DNA of 64,000 nucleotides from Flavobacteriales bacterium. GTDB lineage: Bacteria > Bacteroidota > Bacteroidia > Flavobacteriales_F > PHOS-HE28. Of this stretch, positions 28,620 through 38,100 are shown one piece after another. Positions within the stretch are counted from its first letter, which is position 1. Each line of letters begins with the position of its first letter. Location: NCBI GenBank assembly GCA_016710685.1, contig JADJVC010000006.1:626709-690708 (forward strand), given 5' to 3'. The translations under genes were made by a program, and so were the position numbers. Under the pieces are notes generated by a model, which saw only the letters and a program-made list of their open reading frames with translations, did no database searches and was not told where the DNA came from.

Positions 28620-29182
28620 GTAAAATCAAACTCATCCGCAGCGGACTTGGAATGCCATCCGATATAATACGTACCGGAGGTTACCGGCGTGAAAGCATAG
28701 GAAAAAGGAGGCACCATCGTGGTAGGAACGGGCGAATGGTCCGCGATCCAGTTGGTCATGGATGCAGAAGTTGCCGCGTTGCCCCAGAACACATCCATGG
28801 CTTCGGGGAAGCTAGTACTTGGATCGAACACACTGTACTTTACGGTATAGGATGTTCCACCCGTCAGTGTAAGGCCGGGAGAGTACAACCAATCATTTCC
28901 GGGAAGGGCGCTATCGAAGCCGTATTTAGCAACACGGGTCGAACCCATGCTTGTGCTGGCGAAAGTGCTCCATGTCGTTCCCCCATTTACATCCTGAATG
29001 GACCAACAGTTCGGTATGGCAGCGCCCGTGGTGCCCTCAAACCCTTCAGCGAAAGGAATGGTGTAAGCGACACAACTTGTAGTGAACGTGGTCTTTACGG
29101 TGTTGACACCGTAAATCGGTCCAGCGCATTCTTGGCGAACGTACACATCGTAGGTCGTGGCTGCTGTAAGAAGTCCGGCCAA
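28607..29182 (-). CDS. Adhesin gene 1, fragment 4
   Basis: ..LAGLLTAATTYDVYVRQEC.. (Fn3 end) followed by a beta-sandwich ending ..YYIGWHSKSAADEFDF. The break is at A-run 28622-28625, and restoring it gives EFDFYLDDVSV. Confidence 0.75.
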   Translation of the reverse strand: MAGLLTAATTYDVYVRQECAGPIYGVNTVKTTFTTSCVAYTIPFAEGFEGTTGAAIPNCWSIQDVNGGTTWSTFASTSMGSTRVAKYGFDSALPGNDWLYSPGLTLTGGTSYTVKYSVFDPSTSFPEAMDVFWGNAATSASMTNWIADHSPVPTTMVPPFSYAFTPVTSGTYYIGWHSKSAADEFDFTWMT

Positions 29183-29310
29183 ACTTGCAGAAGTTGTCCC
29201 GGAAGTGACGATGTTCCCGCCAACACCGCTGCTGCTCCAGCACCGGGCGTGTTGTATGGTGACACGCCATAGTCAACGATGAATGTACCTGTGCAACTGG
29301 TACAGGTCAA
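29095..29310 (-). CDS. Adhesin gene 1, fragment 3 (short)
   Basis: TCTSCTGTFIVDYGVSPYNTPGAGAAA.. is the start of an Fn3-like unit as in fragment 6. It is bounded by breaks at 29308 and 29226-29227. Confidence 0.65.
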   Translation of the reverse strand: MTCTSCTGTFIVDYGVSPYNTPGAGAAAVLAGTSSLPGQLLQVWPDFLQQPRPTMCTFAKNALDRFTVSTP

Positions 29311-29594
29311 TTGACCGTTGCGCCAGTTGTGCTAATGCCCGTAACGTTCGCTGCGGTGGGTGCGGGGCAAGCGACTGCGCAAGAACCGGAATAGGTCACG
29401 TTCAAATTGAACCCCGCGTCAATACCACTTCCATCAGAAGTAAATCGGACAGTTAAGGATTGGCCTGCGGTACCGGTAACGTTTATATTACCGACTCCGC
29501 TGAACGGAGAACCGGAAACTTGAGTTCCTGCGATTCCCGCTCCATTGTAGATGTAAACGAAGTCGTAAGTAGCTTCGGTCGAATAGGGTTCCAC
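29307..29594 (-). CDS. Adhesin gene 1, fragment 2: CUB-like domain
   Basis: ..EPYSTEATYDFVYIYNGAGIAGTQV..SLTVRFTSDGS.. resembles a CUB-type beta-sandwich. It then runs ..CPAPTAANVTGISTTGATVN(W)TCTSCTG into fragment 3. Confidence 0.65.
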   Translation of the reverse strand: MEPYSTEATYDFVYIYNGAGIAGTQVSGSPFSGVGNINVTGTAGQSLTVRFTSDGSGIDAGFNLNVTYSGSCAVACPAPTAANVTGISTTGATVN

Positions 29595-30699
29595 TGATAT
29601 TGATTACGGCGGTCCCTAGGGCGTTCAGCACAGTGTAGCCACTAGCACCACTGCTATAATTTCCGTTGCCTGCATGGTCCAACAAGGCCGTATTTGTGCC
29701 GCATGACACGCTGTTGTTCACTCCACCGGTAGGAACTAAAGTTTGGATAGTGATATCGACTTGTTTCACGGCACTACTACCCGTGCCGCCACCAATACTT
29801 CCGCACGTAACCTCGCAGTAGTACCATGTTTGTACGGTAGGTGCAGGATTATAGGAGGATAACCCGGTCCCGACCATGGTCCATGGGCCGGAGTTCGACA
29901 CTGTGCTGGAGTACCATTGATAGGTAACGCCGCTTCCAGCAGTTACGTTCTGCAAACCGAGTGCTATAGTAGCGCCGCTCACTGAGGAAGTAGGTCCGGT
30001 GGTGTTACCAGGAGTAGGTGTTCCTGCGCAAGGCGATCCAGGCGCTATCGTCAATTGCGCGTTCAGTCGGCGCAAGGATGCAACTGTTGTGAACGACCCA
30101 GTCCCGGTCGGAGCCGTATTGTCCTGTTGCCAGTATTGTGACTGCTGCACGGTGGTGGCTGAATGGCGGAACTGTTTTGCGGATGTTCCTTCATTGCCAC
30201 CACCACCGGCATTCGCGAGAATTATCACCTCCAGGTTATTCGCCCCGCCGGTGTAATTGAAAGGTGTAGTGAGCGTGACCGTTGTCCAGTTGTTCGCCAC
30301 AAGCATCCCACTGGTCACGTTCCCGGACCACACCATCGTGGCTCCGGTCAATTCCGCAGCAACAGTGGAAGTGCTTGCAAATGTGCTGGTGGACCTTTCT
30401 TTCATCCAGATTTCCACTGGAGTGCTGGCAGCAGGAGCACTCACACTGTTCACGTACAGGCCAAAGGCCGTAACGTTTCCTGTGGTTCCAATCTCCGCAG
30501 CGGTGTAAATAGAAGCAGTTCGCTCAAACCCAAAATAGTTTCCGTAACCCTTCCGGTTCGATGTTGAATTTGTATTCGCTGCCGGAATAGTGACTTGCGC
30601 CATAACAGCGATTCCGGAAACGAGCAATGCGCCAAGTAGTGCGACATTTCGCCATAGCGACGTTCGGCGTGGGGATACACTCAGAGTATGGTTTCTCAT
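29488..30699 (-). CDS. Adhesin gene 1, fragment 1 (N-terminal, with signal peptide)
   Basis: Met at 30699 gives MRNHTLSVSPRRTSLWRNVALLGALLVSGIAVMAQ (signal peptide), followed by beta-sandwich and Ig-like domains. The frame is lost at ~29590-29596. Confidence 0.75.
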   Translation of the reverse strand: MRNHTLSVSPRRTSLWRNVALLGALLVSGIAVMAQVTIPAANTNSTSNRKGYGNYFGFERTASIYTAAEIGTTGNVTAFGLYVNSVSAPAASTPVEIWMKERSTSTFASTSTVAAELTGATMVWSGNVTSGMLVANNWTTVTLTTPFNYTGGANNLEVIILANAGGGGNEGTSAKQFRHSATTVQQSQYWQQDNTAPTGTGSFTTVASLRRLNAQLTIAPGSPCAGTPTPGNTTGPTSSVSGATIALGLQNVTAGSGVTYQWYSSTVSNSGPWTMVGTGLSSYNPAPTVQTWYYCEVTCGSIGGGTGSSAVKQVDITIQTLVPTGGVNNSVSCGTNTALLDHAGNGNYSSGASGYTVLNALGTAVINISGTLFDRSYLRLRLHLQWSGNRRNSSFRFSVQRSR

Positions 30700-31004
30700 T
30701 TGGGCAGGGGTTTGGGTTTGCAAGTTGGGGTAGATGGGTGGTAATGCTCGTGCCGCGTTGGCCATCCTTTTCAGGAGTGCTGTTCGCAGATCAAAGTAGG
30801 GAGTCGTGGTTTTCGATGAGGCAACGGATTGGGCCGACAAGAGCATGGCCGGTACAGGTAGACGAAGTTTTTTTGAAAGGGTTGCCTGTTTGTTGAAACT
30901 TTTTTTTGCAAGGTGCGTTTAAGCTTGGTTTACCCTTTTATTGGATGGTTGGCTTGCAACGTTAGCCGAAAATTGGCAGATTGTCAAATCGTGCTTGAAA
31001 CAAG

Positions 31005-31035
31005 AAAGCCCCGGCGGAAACGCCGGGGCTTTTTT
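31005..31035 (-). terminator. Terminator hairpin after adhesin gene 2
   Basis: AAA-GCCCCGGCG-GAAA-CGCCGGGGC-TTTTTT. The stem is the same as at 21200-21221, and the loop is its reverse complement. Confidence 0.6.
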
Positions 31036-31090
31036 GCATTTGTGTTGTTGCTCAGTGTCTACGCCATTCGGCGGAAGACACTGAGGGGAA

Positions 31091-32386
31091 TTACCGCACC
31101 ACGCTCAACCGCTGGACCGTGGTAACGCCGTTCACCGTGATGTGCACCAAGTACACGCCGCTGGTCACTTCGCTTGGCAGTTCCAGCACCGTGCTGAAGC
31201 TATTGCCGCTGTTGCCGTAGTCACGGGCCAGCACCTTCCTGCCGTACATGTCGTACAGGTCAAGCTGGATCTGCTGGTCTACTTCCGCAAGGTCTTTGAG
31301 GGCAAAGTTCACGCGGCCATCCGCCACAGGGTTCGGCCACATCCGCACGTCACCATTGAAGCTGCCGTCCACTTGCGTCAGTTGGCCACCCGTTCCAGTG
31401 AAGGTGTTGTCGATGGTAATGTTGCAGAAAGGCAGGCAGTAATTGCTCTGCATCCCGTTCACCGTGGTCTTCACATCCACGTTGTAAGTGCTGCCATTGG
31501 CCATCGGCGTGCCGGGCCACTTGAGCTGGAGCGTGTATGTACCGCGGGTGATCACCGTGTCTAGAGCGGTCGGTTCTCCGGGGATGTAGATGTGGAAGGT
31601 GTAAGCAGAAGCTCCCAATACCGGTGTTGCATAGATGAAGCTGTAAGACGAGCTACCGAAGGCGCGCGTCTCATTGCAGCTATGGCCGTAAAGTGTTCCG
31701 TTGATGAGCTGCGAACAATGCACTACCGCTGCAGCGCTCATGCCCATTTCGCAGCCCGGACCGTATTGCGCGGAGGCCAATGGCCCGCCTACGTTGGTGC
31801 GTATGCGTACGAAGTAATGCACGCCAGGCACCAAGGGGTTCACACTGCCGCCCATGTCAATAAAGAGCATGGAGGCGGATGGCTTGATGATGCTGCGCAC
31901 ATAGCCTGCATCGGGGTCCAGGAACTGGAACTCGTATTGCGTGGCGCCGGGCATCACGTTAGCATAGATCCGGTTGTTGAGCGTGTTGTTGAACAATCCG
32001 CATTCCGTGGGCTTCAACGTGGCCGGGCCCAATGGCAGGCAGAAGGGATGTCCGCTACCGTAGGCTGGTGTCAACGTCGGGTTGGCCGGGGAAACACTGC
32101 CGCCGCTGAAGCTGTCCCTCAGGATGGTCTGGCCGCCCGTGGTGCGCAGTTCCCAACCGCCGCCGATGATGCCGTCGCCGAAGCTGTCCGTCAACTTCAA
32201 CGTGTAGCAGTCGCCATTGGCATTGCTCAGGCAAACCAGTTGGTTCACTTGCTGGTTGTTGCCCACTGGGCTACCGCTGGCCACTGTGGCGTTGGCAGCA
32301 TCTTTGATCTCCCAGCTGATCTGGCTTGCGTTGGCATCGGTGTTGATGCGCACCACCAATGCATTGCCACTTTCACTTACCGACAC
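31091..32386 (-). CDS. Adhesin gene 2, fragment 3 (C-terminal shared cassette plus T9SS CTD)
   Basis: About 93% amino-acid identity, by eye, to the last ~420 aa of gene 1. Ends with the identical ..VYLVHITVNGVTTVQRLSVVR. Joins at 32445-32446 (..MDPGTYTYTVTAIAPCTGIATANVSVSE..). Confidence 0.8.
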   Translation of the reverse strand: MSVSESGNALVVRINTDANASQISWEIKDAANATVASGSPVGNNQQVNQLVCLSNANGDCYTLKLTDSFGDGIIGGGWELRTTGGQTILRDSFSGGSVSPANPTLTPAYGSGHPFCLPLGPATLKPTECGLFNNTLNNRIYANVMPGATQYEFQFLDPDAGYVRSIIKPSASMLFIDMGGSVNPLVPGVHYFVRIRTNVGGPLASAQYGPGCEMGMSAAAVVHCSQLINGTLYGHSCNETRAFGSSSYSFIYATPVLGASAYTFHIYIPGEPTALDTVITRGTYTLQLKWPGTPMANGSTYNVDVKTTVNGMQSNYCLPFCNITIDNTFTGTGGQLTQVDGSFNGDVRMWPNPVADGRVNFALKDLAEVDQQIQLDLYDMYGRKVLARDYGNSGNSFSTVLELPSEVTSGVYLVHITVNGVTTVQRLSVVR

Positions 32387-32424
32387 ATTAGCTGTTGCAA
32401 TGCCCGTGCATGGCGCAATGGCTG

Positions 32425-33216
32425 TTACCGTGTATGTGTACGTGCCGGATCCATGGTGGAAGGGGCGTAAGTGTCACCCGATACCGTGCTGGGGCCGCTC
32501 CATGCACCACCGGTCTGGGGACTGCCCCCGAGCAGGGTGAACATGCTGAAGGGCGCAGCTCCGTCGCAGACAATAATGGAACCATTCGTGCCAGCATGCG
32601 GGGGCGCCTGTTCACTGACCACTACTTGCGCTGTCGCATTCACCGCGCAGGGTGCAACGGCAGTAACAGTGTAGGTATAGGTTCCAGCGCCGGCCAATGC
32701 AGGGCTCCAACTTCCGCCACCGCTCGGCGTGCCCACCAGGGCGGCAAACAGTTGCGGGGCGGTGACCGTGCTTCCTGCGCAAACGGTAAGCGTACCGTTG
32801 TTCCCTGCGTTAGGCTGTGCTTGTTCGCTGACCACCACTTGCGCAGAGGATCCGCCACCATTCGGCGTGCCGACAAGGGCAGCAAACAGATCCGGGGCGG
32901 TAACCGTGCTTCCTTCGCAAATGGTAAGCGTGCCATTGTTTCCCGCGTTCGGCGGTGCAACTGTATTCACCGCTACTTGGGCCGTGGAGGTGCAGCCACC
33001 CGCGGTCACGGTCACCTTATAGGTCGTGTTCACGCCCACGGCCACATTGGTCGGATTTTGTACGCTGCTGGTGAATCCGGGAGGAACGGAGGTCCAGCTG
33101 AAACCCGGTTGCGGGGTGCCGCTCACGTCAAAGTTATCCAACGCCCAGTAGTAATCATACGTGGCCAGGTATAGAAAGCGGACCTGCACGGTGGCTTGTC
33201 CGAGATAGGCGTTCAT
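32425..33216 (-). CDS. Adhesin gene 2, fragment 2: beta-sandwich end plus repeated Cys-containing Ig-like units
   Basis: ..QVRFLYLATYDYYWALDNFDVSG.. is followed by three ~45-aa units (..NAGNNGTLT(I/V)C(E/A)GSTVTAP(D/Q)LFAALVGTP..). The frame is open upstream to the break at A-run 33354-33357. Confidence 0.75.
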   Translation of the reverse strand: MNAYLGQATVQVRFLYLATYDYYWALDNFDVSGTPQPGFSWTSVPPGFTSSVQNPTNVAVGVNTTYKVTVTAGGCTSTAQVAVNTVAPPNAGNNGTLTICEGSTVTAPDLFAALVGTPNGGGSSAQVVVSEQAQPNAGNNGTLTVCAGSTVTAPQLFAALVGTPSGGGSWSPALAGAGTYTYTVTAVAPCAVNATAQVVVSEQAPPHAGTNGSIIVCDGAAPFSMFTLLGGSPQTGGAWSGPSTVSGDTYAPSTMDPARTHTR

Positions 33217-34778
33217 GGAGATGGTCGCCGGTGCAAAAGCGATAGCTGTGCCCGTTGCGCCCGTGTAACTCTGTACCGTGGTCCATGTACTTCCGTTGGT
33301 GGATACTTGAACGTTCCCGCTTTCCGCTCCATCGTAGTTTCTGTAATAGTGGTAAAAGTCAATGACGCCGCAGTCATGCCGACCAAGCTGAACACAGGGC
33401 TGGTCAATGAAGCGTTTGTAGTGCCTCTCGAACCTTGTGCATCGCTATTGGACATGTAGAAGCGGCTGTTGTCGTTGCTGTGAAAGGTGGTGGTACTATA
33501 GGTGTAGCCGTCTGAACGAAGTGTCCAATCGGCGTTGGCCGTCGTCCCTCCCGTGCTGCTGTTTACCTTATTCCATCCGGCGGGAGTGGATGTCCCGTTG
33601 AAGTTCTGGCTGATGACTGATTCAGTGAACGTGCTGTTGCCACTGCTGAAGAGGTTCACTGTGCTTCCGGCGCACACGGTGGCCACGCTCGACGTGGCCG
33701 TCACTCCGGTCGGTGCTGCCGAGGTCCGGCTGTCCGAAGCATTGTCGTTGCCCGGGTCGGTATCTCCCGACATGTTCGTGGAGAGAGCGAAGTTGTAAAC
33801 GCCACCGGCGCTCATGTCCAGGTTGGCGCTCATGGGCACGTTCACAGTGTTCCCGGCGGCCAAGGTCCCGGTGTTGATCGTCCCGCTAAGCAACGCTGTT
33901 GCTGCGCCCGTAACGTTGGCGGAAACGGTAACCGGTGAAGTGGTGAAGTTCAACGAGGTGTTGCCGAAATTCTTGATGGTGACAGATACCGGTTCGGCAT
34001 TGGTAAAGCAGGCAGCAGCAGTCGGTAAAACAAGAGCCGTCGGACCAATGTCCTTGGGCGGCAACCACGTGTAGGTGAGGCCCGAAGCGGGCATGATCGT
34101 GTTCTTTGAAGTTACCGTGGATGAATTGGAGCTACCAGCCGTAGTCGCGCTCCAGTTTGTAGTGGAGGCGCGGTTGTTGAAGTCCGAGTTGCTGGAACCG
34201 CGCAACCCGACTTGTGAGGTATAACTAGTGCTGTTCGTGGCCGTGCATGAGCCGTAAATGATGTTGATCGATCCCGTGGTCTGGTTCAGGCGGATCTGCC
34301 AATTCAAGGCATCACCATTCCTCCGTCGGGCATTGATCCATTGGATGATGACCTCGCCCCCGCTTTGTGTGGCCACGAGAGAGGATGAAGTTCCATCATC
34401 CAGATCTATGCCGAATGCGGAGATCGCGCCCGCGTAACCCGTGGTGGAACTGATCGGGGTATATGAAGTGGTCGACGAAGTGGTCGTCCCAAAAGTGACG
34501 TAACCGTTGGAGTTCACCTTCACATAGTTGTAGGCCGTCCCGTTGAAGGTGAAGGTGCCACTGGGGATGTTGTAGGTGGCCACGTTGTCATCCCATCCAC
34601 TGCTAAAGACCGTGGCCCCTGTAATGGCGGCGTATGTGCCATTGGATTGGGAGAAAGCGTAGTCGGCCACCTGTGCGCTTGCCCATGCGGACATGCACAG
34701 GAACGCAACGACCAGCAAGCTCGCCTTCACGGGGTTGCCCTTTGGTGAGGGCTGGAAATGGAGTCTTTCTCTTTTCAT
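33213..34778 (-). CDS. Adhesin gene 2, fragment 1 (N-terminal, with signal peptide)
   Basis: MKRERLHF..ASLLVVAFLCMSAWASAQ signal peptide, beta-sandwich domains and a CARDB-like domain. Restoring one T at 33354-33357 gives ..SLTFYHYYRNYDGAESGNVQVSTNGSTWTTVQSY.., parallel to gene 1. Confidence 0.8.
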   Translation of the reverse strand: MKRERLHFQPSPKGNPVKASLLVVAFLCMSAWASAQVADYAFSQSNGTYAAITGATVFSSGWDDNVATYNIPSGTFTFNGTAYNYVKVNSNGYVTFGTTTSSTTSYTPISSTTGYAGAISAFGIDLDDGTSSSLVATQSGGEVIIQWINARRRNGDALNWQIRLNQTTGSINIIYGSCTATNSTSYTSQVGLRGSSNSDFNNRASTTNWSATTAGSSNSSTVTSKNTIMPASGLTYTWLPPKDIGPTALVLPTAAACFTNAEPVSVTIKNFGNTSLNFTTSPVTVSANVTGAATALLSGTINTGTLAAGNTVNVPMSANLDMSAGGVYNFALSTNMSGDTDPGNDNASDSRTSAAPTGVTATSSVATVCAGSTVNLFSSGNSTFTESVISQNFNGTSTPAGWNKVNSSTGGTTANADWTLRSDGYTYSTTTFHSNDNSRFYMSNSDAQGSRGTTNASLTSPVFSLVGMTAASLTFTTITETTMERKAGTFKYPPTEVHGPRYRVTRAQRAQLSLLHRRPSP

Positions 34779-35089
34779 GTTACAGGTTGAGTTTTAGCTT
34801 GACCATTGGAAAGTTGGAGTGCCGTCGTACCGTTTGGTGGAGCGTTTGGAGAGGTTCGTTGTGGAAAAAGCAAATTTGGTCGGACCTTCTTCCTTTTCAG
34901 ATTTCGCTGAGTTCGCCATTTTCCTCGACAAAAACACGTTTTCGTTCGACGAATACAAGATAGGGAAAACGATAGGTCGTTTGTCAATACCTGAATGCAG
35001 ATATTTTTATATGTGAATTAGGTCAAATACGCACCAGTAGTTAGTCATATCACTGTTTCTATTATTGTTCTTCGAGTTATCGAAGACAC

Positions 35090-35124
35090 AAAGCCCCGGC
35101 GCTTCCGCCGGGGCTTTGTCTTTC
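35090..35124 (-). terminator. Terminator hairpin after adhesin gene 3
   Basis: AAA-GCCCCGGCG-CTTC-CGCCGGGGC-TTTGTCTTTC. The uncorrected ORF runs through this hairpin to 35123. The frame-corrected stop is at 35175. Confidence 0.6.
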
Positions 35125-35174
35125 AATTCCTCCCACGTTCCTCTCTAAATCGAGGGACCCGGGTCAGAAGGTCA

Positions 35175-38100
35175 TTATTCGTTCGCCACCAGCACGCGGC
35201 TTTCGAAGGTCTTGTTCCCGGCGGTGATGCGCAGCATGTACACCCCGTAGCGATGCTGCCCAGGTCGAGTACCGTGCCCAAACTGCCGTTCGCCATGGCC
35301 AAGGTTGCCGCATAGGCCTGTCGGCCAGTGGCATCGTAAAGCACCACTTCCGCATTTTTCGCATCCTCGTCTGCACCGGTAAGGCTGATGCTGAGGCGGT
35401 CACCGTTGTTCGGGTTGGGCCATACCTGGAATGCACCTTGTGAAGCAACGTTGCTTCCTGCGCCTTGCTGTTGTTGCTGTGGCTGGGCTGCTGTGGAGAG
35501 ACGGCATGCGGGGCCGAAGGGCTGGTAATGGCCGTTCACCTTGGCGCGCACGCGCACGTTGACGTTGATGCCATGGGGGATGTTCGCCAACGGCGCTGGC
35601 CCGAGCATGGGGTTGGTGCGGACGAAGGCCCATTCGTTGTTGCCGTGCGGATCGAATACCCAGAACTGGTACTGACTGGCACCGGCGACGGTGTTGCCTT
35701 GGATGAAGTTGTACCCGGTGGCCATCTCCAGGTCACACGAGGAGGGCAGGAGTTCAGCGGTACCCGTGGGCAGGCAGAACTTGCGGCCCAGATAGCTCTC
35801 GTCGGTAAATTCACCATTGGCGTCAATGATGCGGTTGCTGCTTCCATCGCGCAGTACGTAACCGCCATTGGCGATACCGTCGCCGTTTGCGTCGAACACG
35901 CGCAACTTATAGCAACCGTTGCCCACGCACATTGTTTCGGTTACCGTAGTGCCTGCGAGTCCATCGGCATACGGCCCACCGGATCCTATTACCGTGGCCT
36001 CATTGGCGGTGCGGATCTCCCAAGTTGTCTGCGAGCCGAAGTTGTCCAGCGCGATTGTGAGCACCAATTTTTCTTCGTTGCACGGATTTACCGGGATGCC
36101 GGTGCAGGTGCAATTGGCATCGATCACATCGTTCTCGGTGTTCGCATTGCCATCATCACAGGTAGTTCCAGGTTCGGGTCCGTTGGCGCAAAGGTCTTCT
36201 GCGTCGCAGGTACCGTCCCCATCCGCATCGGCGAAGGTGCCGGCGCATTGGCAGTTGGCATCGTACACATCACCAGTTGTGCAGGCGTCGTTGTCGTTGC
36301 AAGCGGTGCCGGGGACGGCAGGTCCGCCGGGCACGCCTTCACAGTCGGTTCCAAGCAAGGTGCCATTGCATTGGCAATTGCTGCCGATCACGTCGTTGAT
36401 GGTGGAGCTGTTGCCGTCATCGCAGCTCGTTCCAGGCTCAGGGCCGTTGGCGCAGAGGTCGTCGGCATCGCAAGTGCCATCGCCATCCGCATCCGCGAAC
36501 GTGCCAGCGCATTGACAATTGGCATCGTAGACGTCACCGGTTGTGCAAGCGTCGTTGTCGTTGCAAGTGGTGCCGGGCACGGCAGGTCCGCCGGGCACGC
36601 CTTCGCAGTCGGTTCCAAGCAAGGTGCCTGTGCATTGGCAGTTGGCACCGATGATATCATTGATGGTGGCGCTGTTACCGTCATCACAGCTGGTTCCCGG
36701 CTCAGGTCCGTTGGAGCAGAGGTCATCGGCGTCGCAGGTGCCATCACCATCCGCATCCAGAAAGATGTGTGTTACACCGTTCTGCGCGTCGCAAGCATCC
36801 AACGTGCAGGGGTCGCTGTCATCCACCAGCACCGGTGTACCGGTGCAGTTGCAGTTGGCATCGATCACATCGCCAATGGTGCAGGCGGTGCCGTCGTCAC
36901 AAGCGGTTCCGGGCTCTGGGCCGTTGGGGCACAGGTCGAAGAAGTTGCAGGTGCCGTCGTTGTCGTCGTCATTGCACTGGATCTGGTAGCTGGTGCCGCA
37001 GGGGGCGCCGGTAAACAAAATGTAGTACGTGCCTGCAGGCCTTACAGCGCTGGTGAACGTGGTGCTTGCCGGTGAGCTACCGCCGCCAACGGCTACGGTG
37101 GAGCTTTCCAAGAAACTTCCATTTACGTTGTACATATTGAGCGGCATACTCCCCGCATCACCGGGCCTTTCTGCCAAGATGTCCATGGCGATAGCACCCT
37201 GAGCAGGTAAAACGATCTTGAAATAGTCTCCGTTGTCGTCGTAGTAGAAATTGATACGACCGTCTACGGCATGTTGGTCCAGGTCGATCACTTGTGCGCT
37301 GGCTGTCCCATTATTGGGTTCCATGTCATCCCCGAATTCCGGAGACGACACATCGTAGCTGAATTGGTAGGAAGCCCCGCAAGCATCGCTTTGTATGTGC
37401 AGGTAGTACAACTGCTCGTTGCCTTTGCATGGCGTTGTAGCGAGGCCATTGGCTGGAGCACTGTTCGCGCCTACAGGTACACGCCATGTTTGCAGGTAAC
37501 TGCCATTTATGTTGTACAGGTTCATCGTGAGGCTGTCCGTGATGCTTGCTGAAGGATGTTCGGCCTTGGTATGGATGTTCAATACCCCATCATCGTTCAG
37601 CAGGAGCCGGTAGTAGTCGGCGTTGTCGTCGTAGTAGAAATTGATGCGGCCTTCATGGGGCACGTTCACAGCGACCGTATCCGCCGGACCAAAGGAATCG
37701 TTGCCATCACCGCCTTCAGCATCATCGGCATAGAGCGGTGGTGACACATCGTAGCTGAAGCGGTAGGATACCCCGCAGGCGTCGCTTTGGATCAGCAGGT
37801 AGTACAACTGCTCATTGCCCCGGCATTCAATGGTGGCCAAGCCGTTGGCGGCAACGCTGCTTGCACCCACGGGCACACGCCATGTCTTGAGGTAGCTGCC
37901 ATTGATGTTGTACAGGTTCAACGTCAGGCTGTCGGTGGTGCTCGCTGAAGGATGTTCGGCCTTGGTATGGATGTTCAACACGCCGTCATCATTCAGCACC
38001 AGCCGGTAGTAGTCCGCGTTGTCGTCGTAGTAGAAATTGATGCGGCCTTCGTGGGGCAAATTCACTGCGACTGTATCAGAAACACCTTGGCTGTCGTTGC

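Noticed and set aside
30957-30987. Bacteroidetes-type promoter (TTG-N20-TAACGTTG on the minus strand) upstream of adhesin gene 1
   Set aside because: It loosely fits the TTTG/TAnnTTTG consensus, but it lies ~260 nt from the start codon and similar matches occur by chance. It is not supportable without TSS data.
21285-32354. Diversity-generating retroelement or invertase-driven phase variation acting on the duplicated adhesin cassette
   Set aside because: There is no reverse transcriptase, recombinase or invertase gene in the window. There are no inverted repeats flanking a promoter. The differences between the two copies are not confined to adenine positions as far as I can see. Homologous recombination or gene conversion is the simpler reading.
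35465-37075. 536-aa plus-strand ORF and several other long ORFs in 35.4-38.4 kb
   Set aside because: They are antisense to, or out of frame with, adhesin gene 3. They inherit the repeat periodicity of the real gene and have Gly/Ala/Val-rich nonsense composition.
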